Shown here piece after piece: positions 22,881-32,325 of a stretch of 64,000 bases of DNA. Each line of letters begins with the position of its first letter. Positions within the stretch are counted from its first letter, which is position 1. This DNA is from an uncultured delta proteobacterium. Lineage in GTDB: Bacteria > Desulfobacterota > Syntrophia > Syntrophales > Smithellaceae. The stretch lies in the NCBI GenBank assembly GCA_963753975.1, contig CAVWEH010000002.1:576001-640000 (forward strand), read 5' to 3'. The position numbers and the translations under genes are program-made. A model generated the notes under the pieces. The model saw only the letters and a list, made by a program, of their open reading frames with translations. It was not told the DNA's origin and searched no databases.

Positions 22881-23420
22881 TCAATCGTGCTTCGCAAACT
22901 CATACTTGGCGGCGATTTCCGGCCATTTGCCCTGGGCTTGCAAAATCAACTCACAAATCTCGCGCACCGCGCCGTGTCCGCCTCTGCGCTTTGTTATGTA
23001 ATCAACCGATTTTTTCACGACATCGAGGGCATCAGCCACTGCCGCGGAGAATCCCGCCCGTTTCAACACGGGTATGTCCACTATATCGTCACCTAAGAAA
23101 GCCACCGCGGTTGCCGGCAAATTATGTTTTAGTAAAATTTTTTCGAAGACATCCTTTTTGTTCAATGCGCCCTGATAGACATCAGCAATATCCAAATCAC
23201 GCGCCCGCAGTCGGACAACTCCCGATTCCCGCCCTGTCAGCAGCGCCACTTTAATCCCATAACGCTGGATTATCTTGACGCCGTGTCCGTCACGAACATC
23301 AAAATTCTTCATCTCGCGTCCGTCATCATCCATTATTATCCGGCCGTCCGTCATGACTCCGTCCACATCCAATATCAGCAGTTTTATGCCTTTGAGCTTT
23401 TCTTTAATATTTTTTTTCAT
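22881..23420 (-). CDS. kdsC: KDO 8-phosphate phosphatase
   Basis: DVDGVMTDG, DG-G, GDD, GGHGAVRE. Confidence 0.92.
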   Translation of the reverse strand: MKKNIKEKLKGIKLLILDVDGVMTDGRIIMDDDGREMKNFDVRDGHGVKIIQRYGIKVALLTGRESGVVRLRARDLDIADVYQGALNKKDVFEKILLKHNLPATAVAFLGDDIVDIPVLKRAGFSAAVADALDVVKKSVDYITKRRGGHGAVREICELILQAQGKWPEIAAKYEFAKHD

Positions 23421-23421
23421 T

Positions 23422-24243
23422 TCAGCCTTTCTTAACCATCTCGTCAATCTTTTTCAACATTATCAACAGTTCTTCCAGCGAATCGAGATACAAAGAATTA
23501 GCGCCGTCGCAAAGCGCTTTTTCCGGGTCTCGGTATACTTCCAAAAATATACCGTCCACGCCCGCGGCTACCGCTGCCCGCGCGAGATAGGGCACCATAT
23601 CCCGCTCGCCGCCTGATACTGTTCCTTCTCCTCCGGGCAATTGCACAGCGTGGGTCGCATCAAAGATTACCGGATATCCCATTTTTCTTATAATAGGCAA
23701 GGACCGCACGTCAAAAATAAGGCTATTGTAGCCAAACGATGTACCGCGTTCGGTAATCATAATGTTTTCATTGCCTGCCGCCCTCACCTTTTCTATGATA
23801 TTGGCGGCATCCCAGGGCGCCAGAAACTGCCCTTTCTTAACATTGATTACCCGCGCTTTTTTGGCAATTTCTATCACAAAATCAGTCTGACGGCACAGAA
23901 ATGCCGGCACCTGCAGGACATCCAACACTTGTGCGGCAGCATCAATTTCTTCAAAGCGGTGCACATCGGAAAGAAGCGGCACACCCAGCTTCTCTTTTAT
24001 TCTTTTAAGAATCGCCAATCCCTCTTTTATTCCCGGACCGCGGTAAGATTTAATCGAAGTTCTGTTGGCCTTATCGTAAGAAGCCTTGAAGATAAAGGGA
24101 ATCTTCAATTTAGCCGTAAGTTTTTGCAGATATTGAGCAACATCCAAAGCGGCTTTTTCATTTTCCAGAACGCAGGGACCCGCGATTAAAACGAATCCCG
24201 CGCTACCTCCGATAACAAAGTCCCCCATGTCGATTTGCTTCAT
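23422..24243 (-). CDS. kdsA: KDO 8-phosphate synthase
   Basis: IAGPC, KASYDKANRTS, KKGQFLAP, ERG-SFGY, DATH. Confidence 0.95.
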   Translation of the reverse strand: MKQIDMGDFVIGGSAGFVLIAGPCVLENEKAALDVAQYLQKLTAKLKIPFIFKASYDKANRTSIKSYRGPGIKEGLAILKRIKEKLGVPLLSDVHRFEEIDAAAQVLDVLQVPAFLCRQTDFVIEIAKKARVINVKKGQFLAPWDAANIIEKVRAAGNENIMITERGTSFGYNSLIFDVRSLPIIRKMGYPVIFDATHAVQLPGGEGTVSGGERDMVPYLARAAVAAGVDGIFLEVYRDPEKALCDGANSLYLDSLEELLIMLKKIDEMVKKG

Positions 24244-26273
24244 GATTTATTACTCTCCTTGGTTTGTTTCTGTCTCTTTTTCTGCAAAAGTAGAATTTTA
24301 AGCTTGGGAATTTTTCTGGTGGCTTTTGCCGATTCGGGATTGAGTTCATAGGCGTTGGTGTATGCCTTTAGCGCCTCCTGATACAACCCTTTTTTCTCGT
24401 AAGCTTCTCCCAGGTTACTATATAGCTCATCATCCTCCCGGTCATATTTCAGCGCAATCAAGTAATTCTCAATGGCCTTATTCCAATCGCGGCGAGCGGC
24501 ATAAGCATAACCTAAACTGGAATAAGACGCAGCTTTTTTCGGCTCCAGAGCAACTATTTTCTTGTAATATTTTATTGCCGTTTCGTATTTTTTTTCTTTC
24601 AGGTAATACTGCGCAATAATACTTAATACCTCCTTGGTCGGGGGAGAGATTTTTTCATATTGGGCAATCGCTTCTTTTCCCTTGCCTAATTTGCCGTAGG
24701 TATAGGCTAAATTATAGTACACATTTGAACTTTTAGCGCCCTGTTTAATTGCCTTTTCGTAATTTTCGGCTGATGCCGCATACTTCTTTAATTCACCGTA
24801 GGCGAAACCCAGGCTGACATAAATCGAGGCTTGTTGGGGAAATTTTGCCGCCAATTTTTCGTAGTACTTTACGGCCTGGTCGAATTTCTTGTTTCTGAAG
24901 GCCAGATCGGCCAGGCGCTCCAGAGCGTCCGTATCTCCCGAATTGATTTTTAAGACCTGTTCGTACTCGTTGACCGCTTCCGCGTCCATTTTTCTTTTTT
25001 CGTAGGCCACTCCCAGGTTAAAGCGGATTACCGGTTCGTTAGGACTAAGTGAAACCGCCTTTTTCAAAGCTTCCAATTCTTCCTGCGGTTTACCTCGGCC
25101 GGCATAAGCCGAAGCAAGATTGGCGTACGCGGCGGCCTGATTGGGTTGATTTTTGATAATTTCCTTATAATACTTAATGGCCTGATCATATTTTTTGAGT
25201 TGCAAATAAACATCCCCCAAGGCAATCACGGCTGCATCCTTTTCCTTTTCTTTCGAATGCTCGGCAACATATTTGTATTGCTCGATCGCCAAACTCGTCA
25301 TCTTCTTTTTTGTATACGCCTCGCCCAACTTGAACCTTAGCGGATAGTTTTCGGGTTCCAGCCGCACCGCTTCACGATAATTTTCTATAGCTTTATCCCA
25401 CAGCCCTTTTCCCGCCAGGGCAAGGCCCAGGCTGATATAAACCTCCGCTTCCTGCGGACTTATTTTGACCATTTTTTTCGATACATCAATAGCGCGGTCA
25501 AATTCATCTTTCTTAAGATAACACTTGGCCAATTCGGCAAGAGCCGTGGTATCGTCGGGCTTGATCTCCAATATATCTTTGTATTGGCTTATGGCATCAT
25601 CGAGCCTCCCCTGCCGCAGGTAAATACCTGCCAGAATCTGGCGTACTCCGATATCCTGCTTATCCAAGGCTATAGCTTTTTTTAAATATTCGATTTGCTC
25701 TTTAATATTGCCCGAATCCTTGGCAAACCTGAGCCAGTCTTGCGGCATGATTTCAATCTTAAGCGGAACGGCCGCGATCATTTCATTTAGATAATTTACG
25801 CGAATTTTGTAATCGGTTATGACGGTTGAGTCTTGAGGCATAGATCCGCTTTTTATTATTTTATTGACCAGATCGACTCCGCGCAAGAGGACGCCGATAT
25901 CATTATCGCCCTTGCTTAATCCTTCGACAATAACTCCCGTGTATCTGCCCAGTAAATCGTCACTGACTACAGATTTCACCACGAATTCGTCCCGGTAAGT
26001 CAACTCCAGCATTTCATTCGCCGCCACGCGGATATTTTTGCCGTTTTTTTCCATTTCCAGATAATAGAAATGCGGCTTTTCTTTCAATACATAATAGGAA
26101 AAAGTATTTTTTACTCGCAAGGCCTGGTCACTGAAAGTTCGAATGGTCCGGGGATAAAAATAATAGAGAAAGGCAAAAGCCGCGATAAGAATAACCAAAA
26201 AAATCAGTATTCTTCCGATGGGAATCCGCCTTTTCCTTTTTTGCAATCTGCTATCTATAAGTCGATCAATCAT
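24240..26273 (-). CDS. Membrane-anchored multi-TPR protein
   Basis: N-terminal TM followed by many TPR motifs (LG-AY...A---Y-KA---P); overlaps the kdsA start by 4 nt. Confidence 0.85.
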   Translation of the reverse strand: MIDRLIDSRLQKRKRRIPIGRILIFLVILIAAFAFLYYFYPRTIRTFSDQALRVKNTFSYYVLKEKPHFYYLEMEKNGKNIRVAANEMLELTYRDEFVVKSVVSDDLLGRYTGVIVEGLSKGDNDIGVLLRGVDLVNKIIKSGSMPQDSTVITDYKIRVNYLNEMIAAVPLKIEIMPQDWLRFAKDSGNIKEQIEYLKKAIALDKQDIGVRQILAGIYLRQGRLDDAISQYKDILEIKPDDTTALAELAKCYLKKDEFDRAIDVSKKMVKISPQEAEVYISLGLALAGKGLWDKAIENYREAVRLEPENYPLRFKLGEAYTKKKMTSLAIEQYKYVAEHSKEKEKDAAVIALGDVYLQLKKYDQAIKYYKEIIKNQPNQAAAYANLASAYAGRGKPQEELEALKKAVSLSPNEPVIRFNLGVAYEKRKMDAEAVNEYEQVLKINSGDTDALERLADLAFRNKKFDQAVKYYEKLAAKFPQQASIYVSLGFAYGELKKYAASAENYEKAIKQGAKSSNVYYNLAYTYGKLGKGKEAIAQYEKISPPTKEVLSIIAQYYLKEKKYETAIKYYKKIVALEPKKAASYSSLGYAYAARRDWNKAIENYLIALKYDREDDELYSNLGEAYEKKGLYQEALKAYTNAYELNPESAKATRKIPKLKILLLQKKRQKQTKESNKS

Positions 26274-26451
26274 TTATTCCTCAACGGTTGAATTTACCCC
26301 GCTGCAGAAAGCTCCCGTTTCCCGCCGGCGGTGAATGCTTTCTGCAAACCGCGGGATGTCGCGTTTAGGACAGGTGCCTCCGGCACCTGCCGAAGGGGCT
26401 CCACTAGTTAAATTTTTCCCAATCGAGGCCAGTCACTAAATATGCCGTCCG

Positions 26452-27343
26452 TCAGCTCCGGGGATGATATTTATGATGTATTTCTCTTAACCTTTCCCGT
26501 GTTATGTGCGTGTAAATTTGCGTCGTGGAAATGTCGGCATGTCCCAGCATTACCTGCACGATGCGCAAATCCGCGCCGCCTTCCAGCAAATGCGAGGCAA
26601 AAGAATGGCGAAAAGTGTGCGGATGAACCTTCTTTTGCAATCCGGCTTTTTTAGCATAACGGACGACTATTTTCCAAAAACCCTGCCGGGTAAATTTTCC
26701 TCCGAAACGGTTTAAAAACAATACATCCGTGCTTTTTTTTTGCATCAATTGCGGCCGGGCCTTATCTATATAAACTCTTACGCAATCGTAAGCGGTTTTG
26801 CCGACAGGAACAATTCGTTCCTTACTGCCTTTGCCCATAACAGTCACGAAGCCCACCTGCCAATTAATGCTGTTCATCGTCAAATTAATCAACTCCGAAA
26901 CACGAATCCCCGTTGCGTACAGAAGCTCCAGCATGGCGCTGTCCCGGAGCGCCAAAGGCCGTCTGGTCTCCCGGCTGAGATAAAATAACATTCATTTCTT
27001 CCTTGCTTATCGTATCGGGAAGCCGCATCCATACTTTGGCCAGTTCTATGTTGGCTAGCGGCGTCTCATCGATTTTCTTTTCTTGCAGAAGGAATTTGTA
27101 AAACCCCCGCATAGCCGCGAGCGACCGGTTCATGGAATTAGCCGATAATCCCTCTTTCTTAATCTGCGTTAAATATTCAATAATTACCTCCGGTGTAACT
27201 CCCGCAAGCTCAGTTATGCCTTTTTCCCCCTCAACAAACCGAAGAAACCGGCGCAAATCACGGCCATAGGCTTCCAGCGTATTTTGGGCAATGCCCCGTT
27301 CAATTAACAGATAACGGAAATACTTCTCCAGCAATTCCTGCAT
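26452..27343 (-). CDS. xerD: Site-specific tyrosine recombinase XerD, split by a +1 frameshift near 26960
   Basis: NTLEAY-RDL SAM-like domain; LYATGIRVSEL, GKGSKER, HTFRHSFASHLL, LGHADISTTQIY, HPR. Confidence 0.9.
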
Positions 27344-27457
27344 GGAACTTTTTAACGCAAATACGCCGGCGAAGCAAAGTTTTTTTATTGACTTATTTGC
27401 AAATCTCGTAAAAATGATAATGGAGAAATTAAAGAAAATAACTCTAGGAGATTTCTC

Positions 27458-27904
27458 ATGAAAAAAATCATTATTGCTTCCGATCACGGCGCCGTAGCTC
27501 TAAAAGCCGAAATTGTATCCTTTTTAAAAGCGAAAAATTGCGCGGTAAAAGACATGGGCGTAAATAGCGAAGATTCGGTGGATTATCCCGATATCGCTCT
27601 CGCCGCATGCAACGAATTTAAGACCGGAGGGTATGATTTCGGCATTTTGCTTTGCGGCACGGGAATAGGAATGTCCATCATCGCCAACAAAATCAAGGGT
27701 ATCCGCTGCGCACAAGTTTTCGACCTTTTTACCGCCGAGATGGCCAAAGCTCACAATAACGCCAATTTTATCGCTTTCGGCGGCAGAGTAAAATATTCCA
27801 TACCGGTTACGGAGATGATCGAAAAATTCATGAATTCAAATTTTGCGGGCGAGAGGCATGAAAGAAGAGTCGCCAAAATAATGGATATAGAAAACAAGTG
27901 TTAG
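27458..27904 (+). CDS. rpiB: Ribose-5-phosphate isomerase B
   Basis: SDHG, DYPD, CGTGIG, HNNAN, RH-RR. Confidence 0.93.
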   Translation: MKKIIIASDHGAVALKAEIVSFLKAKNCAVKDMGVNSEDSVDYPDIALAACNEFKTGGYDFGILLCGTGIGMSIIANKIKGIRCAQVFDLFTAEMAKAHNNANFIAFGGRVKYSIPVTEMIEKFMNSNFAGERHERRVAKIMDIENKC

Positions 27905-27932
27905 AGCCCCGCTCATAACTCAGGTATCTGAT

Positions 27933-28794
27933 ATGGCGGAAGTTTTCGACAAAAAAAAGATTCGCCGGGTATTCCGCAACGTGCAAAAGCACCTGCTAAT
28001 CGGAGAATTAATCCGTCAATTTTCCACCAACAAAGAAGACATCAGGAAAACCGCCTTAAGCCAGATTGATTTATCCCATTGCCAAAATGTTTTGGAATTA
28101 GGCTGTGCTTTCGGGGCTTTTACCGAAGCCCTGCAAGGCAAACTTCATCCGCAGGCCCAAATCACCGGCCTGGATATTATTCCTGAATATGAGCACTTCT
28201 TTCTCGCAGCATGCCGACGCGCGGGTTACACCGGAACATTTTCCGCCGCCGGAGTCGAGCAGATTAAAAAGTACCCCGCCCGTTCTTTTGATTTGATCAT
28301 TTGCAGTTATGCTTTATACTTTTTTGTCGGTATGATTCCGGAAGTTTCCCGCATCCTGAAAAGAGACGGAATTTTCGTTAGCATCACTCATTCCCAATGC
28401 GACATGCAGGAGTTGGTAGAGATTATCAAAAAAATCATGAAGCGAAACGACTTGCTCAATGATAAATCAATCCCTGCCGATAGAAATTCTTGTCGGCCAA
28501 TTTTCCGCCGAAAACGGCGAGACACTTCTGGCTCCATTTTTTGGCCAAATACGGGCAATCGATTTCAAAAATAAGCTGGTTTTTCAGCCCCAGGAAATTG
28601 ATTATTTTCTGGAATATTTTCAGTTTAAAAAATCTTTTTTTCTGATGGAAACTGATGCCCACAAAAAAAATATAGTTGATAAGCTTGTGCGGGAGTTGAA
28701 AGATACAGCGATAGAGGGAAAGACTATCAGCATGTGCAAGGATGATAAGATTTTCATTGCTTCTCAACCCCTGATGCCGAAGGAACCATCATGA
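27933..28794 (+). CDS. Class I SAM-dependent methyltransferase, split by a +1 frameshift near 28465
   Basis: VLELGCAFG, FDLI, RILK-DG; continues in ORF 28459-28794. Confidence 0.75.
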
Positions 28795-29813
28795 AAAAAC
28801 AGCGCCAGCATTGCCTTTACTGCGGTCGTGCCACCATCAAGAAATATGAAGACAACGTCCGGCGGGACTTCTGCCCCTCCTGCCAGTCGTTTTTTTATGA
28901 AAATCCACTGCCGGTGGTTTCCGCGATTCTCGATTCTTCACGCCGGATACTTTTAGTTAAGCGCAGCCGGCCTCCATTTAAAGGTATGTGGTGCCTGCCG
29001 ACAGGCTTTGCCGAAGCGGGAGAAAGCATCGAAGATGCGGCCCTGCGCGAATTGCAGGAAGAAACCGGCATTAAAGGCCGGATTGTAAAACTCTTGGATG
29101 TTGATTCCTACAAGAGCCGCTTTTACGGCGATTTGCTTTTTTTGACCTTTGTCGTCGAAGAAGCAGGCGGAAAACTTGCCGCCGGCGGTGATAGTGAGCA
29201 AGCCCGGTTTTGGCCGGTAAACAAACTGCCGCCTTTGGCCTTCCCTCCCAATAAACGCGCCTTGGATGCCTATATAAAAAGCAAGAGGGATTACTGGGCG
29301 ATATTCGATTCTATCGAACACGCGAATGAAAAAACACCTTCGCCCAAGATAACAAAAAATCCTTTAACACGAAGGCTCGTCAATTTCATCCTGAAGAATA
29401 AGGAAGACATCATCAATCAATGGCTGGAAGACGTGGCGGCAAATCCGTCCACTACCGAATATCGTAGTGTGGAGAGCCGCACACTATATAATATCTGCGA
29501 CAGGATACTTTCCCAGATAACGCTCTGGCTGGGCGGCCTGCACGATGTTGACAGGATTAGGAGTTTCTACACCAAACTGGGCCGGGAAAGAAAAAAAGCC
29601 GGTTTTAAAATCAGTGAAGCGTTGAGCGCGCTCAGCCTCATCCGCAAGCACATTTGGACGTTCGCGCTAGCGCAGGATGCCCTCTCGAAAAATCTGGAGC
29701 TTTACATGACTTTTGAACTGCAACGGCAAATGACCATCTTCTTCGATCTGGCTACTTTTTATCTAACTCGCGGGTATGAAGAAAATAATGAGACTCAAGT
29801 TTCAGAAACATAG
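28791..29813 (+). CDS. NUDIX hydrolase with N-terminal Zn ribbon and C-terminal helical (RsbRD-N-like) domain
   Basis: CLYCG/CPSC, YENPLP, Nudix box GFAEAGESIEDAALRELQEETG; C-terminal LGRERKKAGF--SE. Confidence 0.8.
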   Translation: MKKQRQHCLYCGRATIKKYEDNVRRDFCPSCQSFFYENPLPVVSAILDSSRRILLVKRSRPPFKGMWCLPTGFAEAGESIEDAALRELQEETGIKGRIVKLLDVDSYKSRFYGDLLFLTFVVEEAGGKLAAGGDSEQARFWPVNKLPPLAFPPNKRALDAYIKSKRDYWAIFDSIEHANEKTPSPKITKNPLTRRLVNFILKNKEDIINQWLEDVAANPSTTEYRSVESRTLYNICDRILSQITLWLGGLHDVDRIRSFYTKLGRERKKAGFKISEALSALSLIRKHIWTFALAQDALSKNLELYMTFELQRQMTIFFDLATFYLTRGYEENNETQVSET

Positions 29814-29954
29814 TGAACTGAAACTTGTAAGCCGAATTAATGAAACTCAAATATTACAAACGCAGTGCAGTAATATTTGCTAGTTGAATTATCCCGCTGT
29901 AGGCGGAGGAGATCGAAGATATCCGCGGTATCCCGCAGGCGGAGCCTGTCGGGA
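29787..29954 (+). repeat. Hairpin repeat copy R5 (2 core units plus GC-rich tail)
   Basis: aatgagactc-aagtttcag-aaacatagtgaa-ctgaaactt-gtaagccgaatt | aatgaaactc-aaatattac-aaacgcagtgca-gtaatattt-gctagttgaatt | atcccgc... Confidence 0.92.
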
Positions 29955-29986
29955 CAAGATTCAATAATGCCCTTAGGAGGGTTGTT

Positions 29987-30629
29987 ATGGAATTCAAAGA
30001 TGCAATGAAACAAAGACGAGCCGTGAACTATTTTGATCCTACCAAAGACGTAACCGATGCCCAGATCAAAGATATAATAGAAACCGCTTCGCTCGCGCCT
30101 TCCGGATTTAATCTTCAGCCGTGGAACGTAATCGTTGTCAAGGATAAGGCAAAAAAAGAAATCCTGAGAAAGGTCGCGTGGGATCAACCCAAGGTAACTG
30201 AAGCGCCTGTTGTCCTGATTGTTCTGGGCGATCGTGATGGCTGGAAAAATGGCCACAGCACTTTTGAGAAGGATTTCGTCGAAATGGTTAAAATCGGCGC
30301 AATGAAAAAGGACCAGCATGACTGGTTTGCCGGTGCGGCAAAATCTATTTATGGATTAAACCCTGATCAGAAAATGGCGTTTGCCTGCAAAAATGCCGGT
30401 TTTTTCGCCATGTCGCTGATGCTCGCCGCCAAGAATGCCGGACTCGACTTCTCATCCGATGGACGGACTTGATGTTGAAGGCGTTAAGAAGGCTTTTAAC
30501 ATACCCGATCAATACTGGGTTCCTCTTTTACTGGCAATCGGTCATTTCGATAAAAGCAAAACTCTTCTTCCGGCAAAATGGAGAAAAAGCTATAATGAGA
30601 TAGTAGTGAGTTTTAATGACACTCGCTGA
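29987..30629 (+). CDS. Nitroreductase family protein, split by a +1 frameshift near 30450
   Basis: RRAV, APSGFNLQPW, then HPMDG...LLAIG in the next frame. Confidence 0.85.
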
Positions 30630-30702
30630 AAACGAGTATCGCGAAGTTTGAAGCGTAAGTGGAATTATCCCAGGAGCGTAGCGACGCGGGATTAATGACA
30701 CC
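30615..30702 (+). repeat. Hairpin repeat copy R6 (1 core unit plus tail)
   Basis: aatgacactc-gctgaaaac-gagtatcgcgaa-gtttgaagc-gtaagtggaatt | atcccaggagcgtagcgacgcgggat. Confidence 0.8.
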
Positions 30703-30753
30703 TTAATCGAAAAAAGCGATGTTTGTATATTAATTGTTAGGAGTAATAAAAGA

Positions 30754-30995
30754 ATGTCAGAAAATGATTGCAAGTCGCTACCAGACGAGAGACTTATTAA
30801 AATGACAAAAGAACCTCCATCGTCATCGGATCATGTAAAGGCCGCTATTGAACTTCATAAAAGACAAAAAAAAGAGATGATAAGATATATTCTGTCGAGG
30901 ATTCAACTAGAAAAATGACCTTTATAATTCTTGTTGTCACAATCTTATCTTTCTTGGCTATTTTGTATCAATGCGTTAAGCTTTATGTTTACTGA
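30754..30995 (+). CDS. Small (~80 aa) hypothetical protein with a C-terminal TM helix, split by an extra A in an A-run; absent from the ORF track
   Basis: AGGAG upstream; MSENDCKSLPDERL...HKRQK then RDDKIYSVEDSTRKMTFIILVVTILSFLAILYQCVKLYVY*. Confidence 0.5.
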
Positions 30996-31113
30996 ATTAA
31001 ATTCCGGGAACAGTATGCTAACTATTAAAATATCGTAATCGGATCACCTTTTTATTTTGTGCCGAACGTAGAACTGTTACTTCATTGATAATTGCGCAAG
31101 TACGGAGGTCTTT

Positions 31114-31782
31114 ATGTTTGGATGGATGAAAAAATCTGGTAAAAATGGCCTGGTGGCTGCTGCTAATAAACAATTTGAACTTTCTTTGCCCAATGTAATT
31201 CATTTTTTAGAGTTTATCGATGCCGACAGGAAAAAGTTAACCGACGACGACCTTTGGCTTCTGCGCTCGTATCAACTGAGCATCATACTGCGTTGCCTCT
31301 CGATGGAAAATGCCTATCAAAAAACTGGCCAAGACCATAACTTCAATCATTTGTTTGCTGTCACTATGACCCCTTTTATTCGGTCCCATCGAGATGATGG
31401 TGGAGACGCAATTCAATTCTTTGCAGAACAACAAGATGCTCCCAAAGTCGCTGAATTCATCTTGGATGTAATCGGGCTGAATGCGCCTAACCCTCTTTCT
31501 TATATTCAACTATTCTGGGATGAAGTATGCTTGGTTCCATGCATTTCAAAAAAACCTTTTGTCATGAATCTATATTGGGACCTATTTTGCTCCGCAGGAA
31601 TTGTCATTGAGGATGGCCTTGGTATTTCTAAATATAAGAATAAATTTGACCAAATACTCAGACATAAAGAAACTGAACTGCTCGAATTAAAACATATTGT
31701 GGACTCTGTGCCTTCTGCTGCCCCTGATATATACCATACCATGCGACCACTATTTCCAGGAAAGACAGATAACAAGAAATAA
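31114..31782 (+). CDS. Hypothetical protein
   Basis: 222-aa ORF with GGAGGT RBS; no recognised motif. Confidence 0.6.
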   Translation: MFGWMKKSGKNGLVAAANKQFELSLPNVIHFLEFIDADRKKLTDDDLWLLRSYQLSIILRCLSMENAYQKTGQDHNFNHLFAVTMTPFIRSHRDDGGDAIQFFAEQQDAPKVAEFILDVIGLNAPNPLSYIQLFWDEVCLVPCISKKPFVMNLYWDLFCSAGIVIEDGLGISKYKNKFDQILRHKETELLELKHIVDSVPSAAPDIYHTMRPLFPGKTDNKK

Positions 31783-31814
31783 CAAATGATAAATAATAAT
31801 ATTGCCCTGTCTAT

Positions 31815-32279
31815 ATGAATGACCTAATCATTACTGAAGCCCTAAAAGAAGATTTGCCCGTCATTCTTGATATACAAAGAAAAGCATTTCTGGAGGTGGC
31901 TAAAACCTTCCATCTAAAATCCATGCCGCAGATAGAACAAACGCTGGAAAGCTTGAAAGCTGAATTTAAAAATCACACCATCTTGAAGGCTTCCCTCGCC
32001 GATAGAATAGTCGGCTCCGTGCGCGCGTATGCCCAAGGCGATACCTGCTACATCAGCAGATTAGTAGTTCTTCCGGAATATCAGAACAGAGGCGTTGGCA
32101 AAGCCTTGATGAATAAGGTAGAAAAGCAATTCAAAAATAATGTTAAGAGATACGAATTATTTACCGGCTCTCGGGATCAAAGAAACCTCTATCTTTATAA
32201 TAAGCTGGGATATAAATCTTTTAAAACAGAAAAGCTCAATCCCCAAATAACTTTTGTCTTTATGGAAAAAAGCGCGTAA
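31815..32279 (+). CDS. GNAT family N-acetyltransferase
   Basis: IVGSVR, V-PEYQNRGVG, N--LY-KLGY. Confidence 0.88.
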   Translation: MNDLIITEALKEDLPVILDIQRKAFLEVAKTFHLKSMPQIEQTLESLKAEFKNHTILKASLADRIVGSVRAYAQGDTCYISRLVVLPEYQNRGVGKALMNKVEKQFKNNVKRYELFTGSRDQRNLYLYNKLGYKSFKTEKLNPQITFVFMEKSA

Positions 32280-32325
32280 AATCATCGGCAACTGAAATGA
32301 TCTTCTTTCATAAAGAAAGAAACCG

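Noticed and set aside
26452..27343. Tyrosine recombinase as a prophage or island integrase
   Set aside because: Length and motifs (HSFASHLL-GGADLR-VQ-MLGH, HPR end) are those of chromosomal XerD, and the neighbours are housekeeping genes.
29769..29780. cgcgggtatgaa resembling the repeat end cacgggtatgaa
   Set aside because: It lies in coding sequence (TRGYE) that fits the protein domain's C-terminus, so it is probably coincidental.
29787..32279. Integron attC sites or cassette array
   Set aside because: No RYYYAAC...GTTRRRY box pairs with the right spacing, the repeats mostly flank housekeeping genes, and there is no intI. The only tyrosine recombinase looks like XerD.
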